A stretch of 63,944 nt of DNA, the filler included, from Thelocarpon superellum (Eukaryota), in NCBI GenBank assembly GCA_026025795.1. It is 7 parts of 7 records of this genome, joined end to end, with 100 filler letters (N's around TTAATTAATTAA, not from the genome) between each part and the next. Parts side by side here need not be neighbours in the genome. Positions count along the whole stretch, not along the records: positions 19,625 to 29,277 come from JAPEUG010000558.1; positions 29,378 to 38,961 come from JAPEUG010000559.1; 5 more parts are not named here. One strand, written 5' to 3'. Made by a program: the position numbers and the translations under genes. Below, piece by piece: positions 21,974 to 34,813 of this stretch (its first letter is position 1; the number at the start of each line of letters is the position of its first letter). The notes under the pieces are model-generated. The model had not been told where the DNA came from, ran no database searches, and saw only the letters and a list, made by a program, of their open reading frames with translations.

Positions 21974-23388
21974 CTACACAACCTCGCGCGGACGTTCCTC
22001 CCCTCTCCCTGTCACAGACGCTTGGCTCTGCTGATGCCGTAGATGATGGAGTGGGTGTGGCTGAGAATGTAGCGCTGGCGCTTGCGCTGGAGGATTGGGA
22101 ATAGCAATAGGAATAGCGGGCGTTGCCTGTACCGAAGAGGGTGAGCCGTGGTCTTCAATGCTTGATAGACTGCTGACTTCCGTTCCTGTCCCCATCCCTG
22201 TCCCTCTCCTGCTCTGGTGGTGTCTCTCTGGCACTTCTGCTGCTTCTGGTCCTCGTCTTCCTTCTCCTCCGCTTGTTGTTGCGCGTGAGAAGGTGGGAGA
22301 CGGGCGTTGTAGTAGCTGCGGTGGGGGTTGAAGATGGTCCTGATTGTCGCTTTCGTATTCGTTATCAGGGTGATGGCCAGAGGTGGGCGAGGTAAGTGGA
22401 GACGAAGACGGAGACGGTGACGAAGAGGAGTTCGAATCCGAACGCGAACGTGAAACGCCCGTAACACTCGTATCCTCCAACTCGACCTGTCCCGTGCGAT
22501 AGGCAGGCGGACGAATGGGCGCGTCAGCCGGCGCCGGACTACCTGGTAGTTCGCTATATGTTCCCGGTGCCTGCACTTGAACTCGCCCGGCCTCGGCCGA
22601 TGATACTGAGAGTGCGTGCGATGGTGACGAGTAAGAATGGTTGGACAGATGCGAGAGCGGAGAGAGTAGAGATGTGTTCGATTTACCGAATGGCTGCTGT
22701 TGCTCTTGCCGACGTCGTTTTCTTCGTCGTCGGACGAGCAAGTACGCGCCGAGGGCGAGGGCATTCAGGAACAGTACCACCCCAATGACGATCAAGACGA
22801 TGGCTTCGGTCGAGAGCCCATTGTTTTGATCGGTGTGTACAACTGCGAGGGCCGTAGAGGTGTCGTTTGTAGAGGTTGGGGCAGAGACGTGAGCTGAGGT
22901 TGGTGTGGGAGTGGATTGTGATGTCGATGTCGATGAGACGCTGGAGGTGGTTGAAGAGAGTGAGGATGCCGTCGGCGTGAGGGTGAAAGGACCACGGCTG
23001 TTGTTGGATTGTCCTTGTTGTATCTCCAGAGAATAGGACTGCGTCGTATTCAGACTCGTTCCTGGTGTCCACGTGTAAAAACCTCCTGATGCTGACGCTA
23101 CACATACATGATCTTAGGAGTGCTCTCTCGACAGCTTCTTCGATAGACGTACAGGTCAGGACTTTCACGTTCTCTAGCCCCGTACTCCCTTCGTCGAACA
23201 GTGTGATTGTGACGGGCTATTTGGAAAGAAGCGCAAGCCGTCAGCTCTTTTCCTGATAGTAGATATATATTCAATGAGGAAAGAGGAAGGGGTCGTACAA
23301 AAGTAGGGTCACCACCGCTCCAAGTGATGTTGACGGGTTGACCAACGACTACGGTGGAAAAGGCCGACGTGATGATGAAGTTGGACAT
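21974..23388 (-). CDS. Single-pass membrane protein with Kre9/Knh1-like ectodomain, S/T stalk and cytoplasmic tail
   Basis: Introns 23217-23298 and 23098-23152. Spliced product ...PVNITWSGGDPTF|PVTITLFDEG...VLT|SSASGGFYTWTPGTSLNTTQSYSLEIQQG..., then TM helix AIVLIVIGVVLFLNALALGAYLLV followed by RRRRKRRR. Confidence 0.8.
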
Positions 23389-24551
23389 GATGACGGGGGA
23401 TCCCCTGGATCGAACAGTCCCTCCGTCCCTCTCGTGTACCGCTTCGAGGACTCGTATGGATAACAGCTGAGAACGTCTTCAATTCATCGTTTCAGTCAGC
23501 AGCTTCTTGTTGACCCTTTGTCCACAACATGGCCAGATGAACGCGATCAAAGCTGTGATTGCATCGTGTAAAAATGAAAAGGATAGGGTTGCGGAGTAAT
23601 TAAGGAACGGAGCACTCGGAAGTGCTTTGGGGGAACCTCCTATCGGACCTGGCCAGTTCCCCACCTACTCGTAGGTGAGTACTCCAAACATCTGCTTTGT
23701 CAAACGGCCGCATTACCTCGCGTGGGGACCGATAGGATTCACCCTTGACCCTATACGAGCAAGTACTCGTACCTTCTGAGACATCGTCACGAAATACTCG
23801 ACCTCTGGGACAGATGCGAATACGATCCAGGCACCGCATGCCGTGCAAGCCGGAAAACCACGAACCGCGTGCGTGCGCGTCGCTCTAGCTCCGCATGGCA
23901 AAGGATGGTCGCGGGATGACGGAGGCGCAGCACCACCGAGAGATCCCACAAACGCTCCCCCCACTAGTCTTAGCTAGGCGAACCGTTTGTCGACCCCTTG
24001 AAGCCAAGGCCGTCCAGGACGTGCACACGGTCGCTGGCATCCATCGTCCGGCACAGCCTCTTCCTTGCGTTCTTCACCCGCCTGCCCGCGTTCGATGATG
24101 ATGGTGGGAGACCGAGGAAGAGGAAAGTGGTTACTGGCCTCATAGATGTAAGAAGGTGCATGGTCATCCCGTGAGCATCATGCGACATGCCCGCGCGCAA
24201 GCACTGGTCAGAGACGCGCAGCAAACCGACGTCCTTGCACACCATACTCCCCATCTCTACCAATATCACCCTTCAAGATATCCGACAGGGAAAGATAAGG
24301 GTTCCTGGCCTATCGTAATTTACGAATCACGTTTGATTGATCTCGCAGACATTGATGTCCCTCATTTTGCCAGCGCTCACAGCCTCTATTGAGAGTCGGG
24401 GAGCATGATGGGGATCGACCGCGCACGGATAACACACGACTTCTAGAGGATAAGGAGGGAGACGAGATGGTGAGACGAGATGGCAGGTGGGGTGGGGTCA
24501 AGTCTTTTCCGACACGCTATGATACACCCAGCGGCGTCCTGGTCGAGTTGT

Positions 24552-25091
24552 CTATGAGAAGCTCTTGGTGAAGGCGACAGTGACCTCCTTCAACTTGCCC
24601 TCCAGATCCTTGCTGAGCACGCCCTCTTTGTCAATCGTGGCCAACAGGTCGGCCTCGTTGTTGCGAAGATAGGCGAGGAAGTCTGCCTCCCACTGCAAGA
24701 TCTTGGCCACCGGTACGGAATCGAGATGTCCGTTGACACCGGCGTAGATCAGCGGCACCATCTCGTTGACCGCCATGGGCGAATACTGCTTTTGCTTGAG
24801 CAGCTCCGTCAACTGTCTCCCATGTCAGCCTTGGTCGCCTGATCACATGTGTCGGTGTCACCCACCCGTTCACCCCGGTTCAGCGTCTGCTTTGTGGACG
24901 CGTCGAGATCCGAGCCGAACTGCGCAAAGGCCGCCACCTCACGGTACTGGGCCAAGAAGAGCTTCAGGCTCCCCGCCACTTGCTTCATCGCCTTGAGCTG
25001 CGCGGCCGAACCGACACGGGACACGGACAGGCCGACGTTGATGGCCGGACGCACACCCTTGTAGAAGAGTTCGGATTCCAGGAAGATCTGT

Positions 25092-25129
<38 letters not shown>

Positions 25130-26718
25130 TGACACGTCACCGCCTTGCGTCTCGATGATGGGCAGTGCCGTGAGCGAGCCACCGCCGTGCTTGTCGCTCA
25201 ACTTCGCCGCACGCTCAAGCAGACGCGAGTGGAGGTAGAAAACGCTAACGCCATCAATGTCGTTCGCTCCAATCATTTGAGAGGGTCACACTTACTCGCC
25301 GGGGTAGGCCTCACGTCCCGGGGGACGACGGAGCAAGAGCGACATCTGACGGTAAGCCACGGCCTGCTTCGAGAGATCGTCGTAGATGATGAGCGCGTGC
25401 TTGCCGTTATCGCGGAACCATTCACCCATGGAGCAGCCGGCGAAGGGGGCGATGTACTGCAGGGGCGCCGCCTCCGAGGCCGTGGCCGCCACGATGATCG
25501 AGTATTTCATCGCGTCGTTCTCCTCCAATGTCTTGACCAGCTGGGCCACGGTGGAGCGCTTCTGGCCGACGGCGACGTAGACGCAGTAGAGTTTCTTCGT
25601 CTCGTCGTTCGTCGAGTTCCACCGCTTCTGGTTGAGCATGGCATCGAGGGCCACGGCGGTCTTGCCCGTTTGACGATCACCGATGATCAGCTCACGTTGG
25701 CCACGACCAATCGGCACCATGGCGTCGACCGACTTCAGCCCCGTCTGTACGGGCTGGTTGACGGAGTGGCGCGGCAAAATGCCGGGCGCTTTGAGCTGTG
25801 CACGGCGCTTCTCCTTGGTGTTGAGCGGGCCCTTGCCGTCGATGGGGTTTCCAAGCGCATCCACCACACGGCCGAGGAGCTCAATGCCCACTGGCACATC
25901 CACCTACTACGACTTAGCCGGTGCTGGAACGTCTCAGCTGGGGCAACCTACAATTTCTCCCGTACGCTTCACCGTCTCGCCCTCCTTGACCAGTCGATCC
26001 GAGCCAAAGAGCACCACACCGACCTGCCCAGCTTCGAGATTCATGCACATCCCCTTGACGCCCGAGGCAAACCTAATGCAGGTGTGAGCACCGCTAACAT
26101 TCGGTTGCCGATGCTGGACTTACTCGACGAGCTCCTCGGCTTGGACGTTGCTCATACCGTGGACACGGGCGATGCCATCACTGAAGGGAGAAGTCAGCCT
26201 TGTGCTCCATCAATGCGAACCCAGCCAGATGCATGCGGCGGATGATGATGGCAACAGCGATGGGAAGCCTTCATATTGGGGGTCAGCGACATACCCAACC
26301 GATAGCACACGTCCGGTCTCTGCCAGACCAGCCTCCTCCTGCACACCACGGATTCTCTGCTCGAGGATAGAGGAGACCTCGGTCGGTGATGCCTTGGCGT
26401 CGGCGGCATAGCTTCGGACTTGTTTCGAGGCGGCGTTGAAAGGTGCGGGTGTCAGCACCTTGGAGCTCTGAAGCGAACAGCAAATATCAGCACCCTGACC
26501 ATGTGCATCCACGAGGGATGAATCCCAACAGGCCCAATGGATTGCATCAAGGCCATTGCGTGAAGTCCTCGACCTAGCCGGTCGGGTCCACTCCGTGCCA
26601 TGCCGGATCCATCGTGCGTGATGATGGACTGGTAGTGTTGACTTACCGCACCCACTCGGGCAGCGGAAGAGATTGCTCCGACCGTGCGGCCCGACTGTCG
26701 AATAGCGTTCCGAATCAT
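24552..26718 (-). CDS. ATP1: Mitochondrial F1 ATP synthase subunit alpha (nuclear-encoded)
   Basis: [48 protein letters not shown]; Arg-rich presequence; multiple introns. Confidence 0.98.
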
Positions 26719-27272
26719 CGTACTGCCAATGAAGCAAGAGCACACGAGAAACGGGCGGTGGAGCGATGAGATGGGGCCTGAGAGGCAGATGATTGATGGA
26801 CTAGGGGTGGAATGGAGAGGTGAGTCGATCGGAGCTCTGCCGGCACGGAGAGGAGACGCTCGAATGGCTCGACAGGAAAAGACCGGGAAGGCCACAGGTT
26901 GGCGGATGGGAGACCACGCTAGCGAATACTCGTAGGACGGCTCTGCCCTTTGCCTGCTCACTACTGCCTGTAGGCCTTTGTAGCGCACGTGATTGAGCGT
27001 CGTAACTCGGCTGTCGGTCGCGCAGGGCTACCGCTAACGGGAGTAAGAGTACGGCGGGCGCGACAGCCCTCTCGCACCGTGACGACTGACCTCAATCCGG
27101 AACTGACAGTGCCAGAGCTTCAGTCGACTACGGGGAAGGATGGTGGGTTCCCACGCCCTGGCACTTTCCAAGTAGTAATCCATCTCTTAATTGATGCTTT
27201 AGGTGGCACCAAGCACCGCCCTTCTGGTAATATCCATCGTGCATTTCCAGCCCTCCCTGCGTCATCCACACG

Positions 27273-28029
27273 ATGTCTCTGAACCTGGAACGGCAGCTGC
27301 TCTTCGTACGTCACCTCAGCATTGCAGGCTCGCCCCACTGACAGCATGTAGTATGGCTCGTACCACCACAATCCAGTACGACGTTCGCGCTTCATCCTCT
27401 TGTGGCGCCTTCCTGATGTCTTCGACAGGTGAACATTGCCATCCATGTGACTTGCGTGCCTCTCATCCTAATGACAGCCCTCTTGTTGGTGAGGAGCATC
27501 GAGGGTCCCGAGTTGAAGTACACAGCTAAATGCTCCCAAGGGCACCAACACCCCGTCTTTCATTCCACTGCCTGAGGCCATGGCTGTCAAGAATCTCCCT
27601 CCCAACGCAGGCACACTCGCGGCCGTACTCTACTCAACCCTGTACATCTTGATGGAGCCCGTCGCCGGGGGGCTCGTCGCGCCCTTGATCATCGGCGGAA
27701 CGGCGTACGCCAACCATCTGACTGCCACCTACGGCGCGACGGCCAACACCTGGGCGCTCGGCCTACACATCTTCAGTTGGATTGCGCAGTTCATCGGTCA
27801 CGGGGTCTTTGAGGGCCGAGCACCGGCCCTTTTGGACAACCTGATTCAGGCCGTACTCTTGGCCCCATTCTTCGTCTGGATGGAGATGTTATTCTTTCTG
27901 GGATACCGCCCGGAGCTGAAGCATCGGTTGGATGGGGCAATCGGCGCTGAGGTCCAAAAGTTTCAGGAGTCGAAGAAGGTGAATGGCGGTTCGGCCAAGC
28001 AGCCACATTCCACAGCGAAACCTCAATGA
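27273..28029 (+). CDS. MPO1: DUF962 / Mpo1-like ER membrane protein
   Basis: MSLNLERQLLF|YGSYHHNP|VNIAIH..., WIAQFIGHGVFEGRAPALLDNL; three introns. Confidence 0.88.
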
Positions 28030-28673
28030 GGGCATATAGCACTTATGTCAGGAAGGAGTGTATGAAGGAATGGCCGACTCTTTGTATCTGCTGCATCACT
28101 TGTTGCTACAGGTGTTGCTCGATTCGCTCCACAGCGATACGGTATTTGGACTTGAAACACTGTAGATTGCATCACGTGACTATAAATCACGTCCGTCGAG
28201 AAATCTCCATGGGAGGGCGACGGCCAGCGACGGGCTAGGTAGAGAGCAAGGCTCTTGAAGGAGCTGAGGACGACGGCACGAACAAAAGGTTGGCGTCACC
28301 ACCAATCCTCAGTCGTCTACATTCGCTCTTTTCTTCATCGTGGACGGCTACGTTCTTGGTTGTCACCGCCCCACACCGATCGGGGGGTTCGCCTCGGAGA
28401 GCATAGACGCAGGCAGACAGGCGCTCTTTGGGTGAATTGACTGAAGCCGGCGCTTCTGCTCGTCACCCGTCTCTAGCTGGACAGGCCACCTTGCTCTCAT
28501 GTTATGACACTGGCAATTCCAGCGGACGACCTGTGCCCAGCGCGGCGGGGTGAACCCACACGGCTGAACGTGAGACAATTCAGCGCGCCAAACGGATTTC
28601 TCGACCGCCATAAGGCCTGTTGATCGCCAGCTCCTCGGCGCCCCGCCTCGTGTCGGGCTTGAATCTCGCTGCC

Positions 28674-29277
28674 ATGTTTTTCCTTTGCGAGCTCGACCGC
28701 ACTATCACGCTTCACCCTTCCTTCTTCGGTCCACGCGTGAAAGAATACCTCACCAGCAAGCTCCTCGAGGATGTGGAGGGAACGTGCACGGGACGGTACT
28801 ACATCATCTGTGTCATGGACACATACAAGATCTCAGAGGGTCGAATTATCCCCGGAAGCGGCGTGGCGGAATTCACGGTCCATTACCGCGCGGTGGTCTG
28901 GCGGCCATTCAAGGGAGAGACGGTATGCTGGCCAGGCTCGATCAAACGTGGATGGTTCTTGACGGTCGGGTTCCCAGGTCGATGCGATCGTCAACTCGGT
29001 GAATCCACAAGGCTTCTTCGCCGAAGTCGGACCATTGTCCGTCTTTGTCTCGAGCCATGTGAGCTCCCCCACTCCCTTCTCCACAGTCTAAGGTCTTGGA
29101 AACGTAGAATCCTGACGCAATCCCCACCCAGCTCATCCCCTCGGAAATCAAATTCGACGCCAATGCCACGCCGGCACAATATACGGACAACGGCGACCAA
29201 GTCATCGAGAACGGCACGCACATCCGCATCAAGCTGCTGAATACGCGGAGTGACGTTGGGAATATGTTTGCGATTGG
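28674..29277 (+). CDS. RPB7: RNA polymerase II subunit RPB7 (3' truncated)
   Basis: [20 protein letters not shown]...[31 protein letters not shown]; two introns visible. Confidence 0.95.
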
Positions 29278-29377
29278 NNNNNNNNNNNNNNNNNNNNNNN
29301 NNNNNNNNNNNNNNNNNNNNNTTAATTAATTAANNNNNNNNNNNNNNNNNNNNNNNNNNNNNNNNNNNNNNNNNNNN
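29278..29377. other. Artificial contig linker
   Basis: 44N-TTAATTAATTAA-44N. Confidence 0.98.
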
Positions 29378-29395
29378 TCCTCGACCGGCTGCATC

Positions 29396-30237
29396 ATGGT
29401 CAAGTCAACGTTGATCGAGAGGCTGGACGGTAAGTGGCTCTAATGTCTCCGTCCCTGGAGCGGTGCTGAACGATGTAGGCCTCATGCTGGCCGCCTCCGT
29501 GGACGATGAGCAAGCGGAAGCGGAATTGGCAGAGATCAAGAAGCAGGCTAAGATCATCTTTCGACGGCTCAACCGGAATTCTGAATCCCAGGCCAGCATC
29601 CAGAGCGGACTATTTACACTGCAGTAGGAGCCCAGCGAGACGTTGTGATCGCTTCTGTCCCCCCTGCGTCGCCCCTGCTAACGGAGACCGCGCGGCAACA
29701 GCTACCTAATTCACGACCAGCTCTGCTTCCTGTGTATCTGCGACAAGTCCTACCCGCGGAAGCTTGCATTCACTTACCTGTCGGACCTGGCGCGGGAGTT
29801 TACCACCACCTACGCTCCGGCGCAATACCTCTCGCCGACTTTGCGGCCATATGCCTTCATGGAGTTTGACACCTTCATGCAGCGCACGAAGAAGACCTAT
29901 CAGGACAGTCGCGCGAGCCAGAATCTCGACAAGCTGAACGATGAGCTCCGCGATGTGACCAAGGTCATGACGAAGAACATCGAGGATCTACTCTACCGCG
30001 GCGATAGCCTGGAGCGCATGGGCGAGATGAGTGGGAGGCTGCGGGAGGATTCGTTGAAGTACCGAAAGGCGGCGATGCGCATCAACTGGGAGCTTCTGCT
30101 AAAGCAGGTACGTCCGTCCGCGACCCCCCGGAGCTCGGGATGACTCGGACCCTGCTGACGCGGATCGTCTCTAGTATGGACCTTTTGCTGCCATAGGCCT
30201 GGTCCTCATCCTGTTCATCTGGTTCCGCTTCTTTTAG
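29396..30237 (+). CDS. SEC22: R-SNARE Sec22 (longin + SNARE + TM)
   Basis: GLMLAASVDDEQ, YPRKLAFTYL, RPYAFMEFD, VMTKNIEDLLYRGDSLE; C-terminal TM exon; three introns. Confidence 0.95.
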
Positions 30238-30380
30238 ATTTCACTCGCTCCCCTGCACCAGGTGTCCAGAACTGCGTTCGTCGAAAATTGCATGGTTCAG
30301 CGGGCAGCATCAGAGGCGTCGAGGTTCATGTTTCGATCGTTCATCTGTACGACTATTGGCCGCAGTTGGCTCAGGAGCTA

Positions 30381-32062
30381 TCATGTCAAAGGATACCGCG
30401 TACAATCGAGGTGGTTGTGTAGATCGCTGTCCTCCTCCAGTGGCAAGGATCTTGTTCTCTGCTCCTGGTGTTTCCGCTTGACTGGAGCCATCCTCGCCTG
30501 ATCACTGCCGTCCAAGGCTTTGGGTGGGCTGAAGGCGTGAACGTCTTCTCGCCCAAAGGCCGATTCATGATTGTGGACAGGAGGCGGGTGATCCAGGGGA
30601 TCGGTGCAGAAGATGGCAAGAAGGCTGTCGACAAGGTCACGCACCGTCTCTTGCTTGAGCAGGGTGGTGGCCACGTGGTGGCGCTTCAGCGACCGTCAGT
30701 GGCGCTCCTTCGGATGTCACAAATGCCAAGAGAGCAAGAGCGGTACGCACCAAGGCAAAGCAAGCCCCCTTGAATGTCTGGTGGTAGACTAGCTTGTATT
30801 CCTCCGCTGCCGCCGCGTCCTCCGGCGTCGGCCGATGTCCGGTAGATTTGCGATTTTGTTGAAGGCCATGGAGCCGTAGTCCGGCCATGACAATACGTGA
30901 GAGCGTCTCTTTATTCCTGATCTCCGTCGTCATCTCCAAGGGATCATGGCCAGCGAGGGGTGAAAGACCGCTGGCGCTTGACATGCGAGACAAGCTGGAT
31001 CGCTTTTGGTGCGAGAAGGCTGCATGCTTGCTCGACGGGCGCGAGGAGGGGCGGGAGGAGGGGCGGGATGGTTCTCGCTCCTGGCCGCTTCTGCTTGAAG
31101 AGATGCTCAACGAGCGGGGTCGTTCCGCACGGTAGTGAAGGAGCTGATGAGCGCCTAGAGAGTCTGGTCGTGAAGCGCTTGCAGACGCCTCCAACTGTCC
31201 GGCCGCTTGGGAGACGCGCTCTCCCCCTTTTCGCTTGGCGTCTCGCCGACGTGCAGCTTCATCGTCGAATAGCGTAGCGATCTTGCGCCGTTTGGCCAAC
31301 GGCAACCGAATCTCGGTATCGAGCATCCCATCCTCGATGGGCCTTTGCGCAGCCAGGGCGGCTGATTTGTCGACCGACTCCTCTGCTCTTTCACTTGGGC
31401 CTACCGTGTTTGAATTCGAGCATCGAGGGAGAGATCCTTGGCTGAGAAGTTCTGCAGCAAGAGGGAGCGCTAGCACTCTCAAGACCGTGCCCGCACTGTT
31501 TTCCCCTTCTCTCCGCTCGTCTGCGTCGAGAGCCAGCGATGACGCATTCTGCGACATGGCCGAGGTGGTCACAGGAAATGCATCCTCGGCCGCGGCATAG
31601 AGGAGCAGCTCCGTAACGTGGGGTCCTGGGTCGCTGTGAACGTGACCGGTGCTTTGCTGGACTTGGAGGAGGATGCCCGCTTTCGATTGTCTGGTCGTCG
31701 TCCCCCACCACCGACTTCTTGATTGTCCATTGTTCCCGTCACGGTCCAACCACGCATATTGAGCAAACACGTCGGCAAACCAATCTTCCGTCTCCTGAAC
31801 ATTCGTCCAGACATGCAAACTGAGTCCGGTTGCTTTATATAATGGGACACGGTCGACATCGACGATTGCGCGAAAGTTGAGTCGAGCATCGGCAGGGACG
31901 GCAGGGTGACGATAGGCGTCTTGCGAAGTCGTGTGGGAGAGATGGATGTCTGCGGGGCGGATCAGTCTGTCGCGGTTCCACGCACGCATATAAGAGCAAC
32001 CCACCCTTGATTTTCGAGACACCGCTCACGTCTATGGTGCCAGACCACGAGGCTGGCCACAT
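30381..32062 (-). CDS. SLD7: Sld7-like replication initiation factor
   Basis: N-terminal WSGTI; C-terminal NKETLSRIVMAGLRLHGL...EYKLVYHQTFKGACFAL|R...VRDLVDSLLAIFC, as in fungal Sld7 C-terminal domains; two introns. Confidence 0.7.
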
Positions 32063-32518
32063 TGTTGTCCTGCTGGCACATACCTGTCCAGACGTGAGGG
32101 GGCATCGCGCTGGGCCTGCAAGAGGGCGACGCGCTTGAGATTCGCGAAGTCACGTGATTGAGGTGTTCGCTGCACGAGTAACTCGTCTGCAGCTGGAGGA
32201 CAACCGAAGATGTTGAGCGGAGTGGAGGGTCGGGCTTGCGATTCGCCGCCCGACGACCGCGACGGTGAAGACCTGAAGCATCTCTCCCCGCTTCGGTCTA
32301 GGAACACGATGGTATCCAGGCCCGAGCGAGAAAAGCAACCTACTGCCAATTCGAGACGGTGCAATGCATCGCAATCGATTACTATGGACGTCCCGTCCTG
32401 GATACAGGTATCTTACAATCACATGAAGTGGGCCTTTATGACGTGAAAGGCGTCCCTGTTGCATCGCTAAATCGACATGGTGCGAGGACCTTCAAAGATA
32501 CCCCTAGCGGACAACCGC

Positions 32519-33031
32519 CTAGAAATCCTGCTCCTCCTGGAAGAACATGGTGAAGCTGATGATGGTGCCGTAGATCAAGAGTCCACCGGCAATCGACATG
32601 ACCATGGCCGGGTACACGATGATGCCGCAGTGAGCCAGGAGGGTTGGGAGCGCTGTCGGGTCGGGGCGCGATCAGCCATTGCCAGGTGCCACACAGAGAA
32701 CCTCAATGCCAGGACGGAGGCTTACCGATGCCCATGACCACCAAGAAGCCCGTACAGAACCTTCCAAAGTCCACGATCGCGTTGCCTCCGCTCTCGATAA
32801 AGTCATCGGGGTTGGCACATCGTGCGCAGATCCAGTTGGGTAGGGGGGCCAAGATGTAGGTGGCAACGACTAGTAGAGGAAAGTAGTTCTTCCACAATGC
32901 CGACGAGAGAATGACGAGGAGGAAGCCGATTGCGAGGACCTGACGGATGATTAATTTGCGCAACGACAAATAAAGATCGATCTCAGGCGACCTACAAATG
33001 ACAGGGCGATGATTGTTTTGAGGCCCGCCAT
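32519..33031 (-). CDS. VPS55: Vacuolar protein sorting 55 (Vps55/LEPROT family)
   Basis: MAGLKTIIALSF|VLAIGFLLVILSSAL...LAPLPN...DFGRFCTGFLVVMGI|ALP..LAH...GGLLIYGTIISF; two introns. Confidence 0.93.
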
Positions 33032-33490
33032 CGTGGGAGAAGTGACGAGGCGCCTCGCTTGACAAGATGCGTCGTATGGTAGCTGAGAGCGTCTCGCCGG
33101 ATGAAGCAAGCGATGCGACCGACGAGCGCAGATCTGGTAGATACGGTGGTCGCCGGAGTGTCAACCAGTCCTCTTGAGCGTCGTCCCAGCGCCCGTGGAT
33201 GTCCCTTCGATGCTCGTGCTCCCTTCTTTCCCGACGGTCCCTTGTCACAGGCCTGTCACAGGTATGATGTGGTCGAGCTGCTTCCAGAGAAGTTGTATCG
33301 CGAGCGGGGGCCTTACACGATCGCAAGTAAGGAGCGGGAATGGGGAGCGGCGTGATGGATAGACGTTCCGAGAGGTCATTCATCGCCAAGGTGACGGGGC
33401 GTGGCCCGTTGCCGCTGGCGTGGTAAGGGTCGCGAGGGGCCAGCGGATCGCGTGGGCCGCCGTAGCAGACGCAGGCACGCCTAACCCTTT

Positions 33491-33507
33491 TTGGAGCTGA
33501 AGCTCCA
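33491..33507. promoter_or_regulatory. Inverted pair of GGAGCT elements (candidate Rpn4-type proteasome control site)
   Basis: TGGAGCT-GA-AGCTCCA about 240 nt upstream of the PRE5 ATG. Confidence 0.45.
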
Positions 33508-33743
33508 GGATCTGTCGTCTGTCGTCTGTCGTCAACTCTGCCTGCCTACCGGTGGTGCGAGTAAGGTAGGCGGGAAGTAACAGACACCTCCTGCGGCACA
33601 TGTAGAGGAGGAGTACCATCAGATTCCCCGACTACATTCCACCCCCCCGCTCTCTTCTCACCTTCCGTCGCCTCTACCGTGCAAGGCGTTGAGAGCGTCA
33701 GCCATCACGTCGCGGGCTACGAATGCTCCTGTGATCGCGCAGT

Positions 33744-34669
33744 ATGTTTCGCAACAACTATGACAATGATTCGGTGACCTTGTGAGTGGAACGCCCTCGG
33801 CTGCTTCCGGTGCACGACTAAGCCATGACCAGCTCGCCACAGGGCCGGATCTTCCAGGTCGAGTATGCGCAGGAGGCGGTCAAGCAAGGCTCCGTCGTGG
33901 TCGGGCTCGTCAGCAAGACCCATACCGTCTTGGCCGCCCTGAAGGTACCCAACCCGCCCTCGCGCTGCCACGCAGGCTGACCCTTCTCGACGCACAGCGA
34001 AATGCAGAGGAGCTGTCATCCTACCAGAAGAAGGTGATTGGGATCGATGACCACCTCGGCATCGCCCTGGCCGGCCTGGCCTCGGACGCTCGCGTGTTGT
34101 CCAACTTCATGAAGCAACAGTCGCTCGCGTCCAAGATGACGTACGGTCGGCCCATCCCGCTCGAGCGGATCGTGGCGCAGATCGGAGACCGGGCGCAGAC
34201 CAATACGCAACACTACGGCAAACGACCATATGGGGTGGGCTTGCTGGTGGCCGGGGTGGATGAGACGGGGCCGCATCTGTTCGAGTTCCAACCCAGCGGC
34301 ATGACGCAGGAGATGCTGGCGTGCGCCATCGGTGCCCGGAGCCAGATGGCTCGCACCTACCTCGAGCGACATCTGGATGACTTTGCCGACGCTGGCAAGG
34401 ACGAGTTGATCCGACACGGCCTGCGCGCCCTCAAGGAGAGCTTGGCCCAGGACAAGGAGTTGACGGTGGAGAACACAAGTGTCGCGGTGATCGGGGCCAA
34501 GTCGGAGCAGTCCCCCAAGGGCGAGCACTTCCGGCTCTTCGACGAGCAAGAGGTGGGCACCTGGCTCGAGGGTACTTTTGAGGCGCCCGAAGCCGCGGCG
34601 CCCGAGTCAGGCGGCGCGGGTGATGCGGGTGATGCCAGCGAGGTGGCGGCGATGGATGTGGACGCGTGA
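33744..34669 (+). CDS. PRE5: 20S proteasome subunit alpha-6 (Pre5)
   Basis: [65 protein letters not shown]. Confidence 0.97.
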
Positions 34670-34813
34670 TGTAGAAGCGGGGTCGGGGAGACAGATTCCA
34701 TGTCACATCATTGTAGCATCATCGGTTCCACGCCGCCGTACATGTATCCGTGCGCTGGTTCGCTGATGCTATTGGATTCCACCAACGCCGACCCGCTCGA
34801 TCGAGAGTCCCCA

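Noticed and set aside
23675..23735. Intron-like GTGAGT...TAG on the plus strand
   Set aside because: No clear branch site and no coherent flanking reading frame.
25145..26245. 366-aa plus-strand ORF
   Set aside because: Antisense shadow of ATP1.
26468..26646. Long ATP1 first intron as snoRNA host
   Set aside because: No convincing C/D or H/ACA box pair; only short hairpins.
28250..28600. Possible structured ncRNA (RNase P/MRP-like) upstream of RPB7
   Set aside because: Only a CAATTCAG-like word; the matching conserved region was not found.
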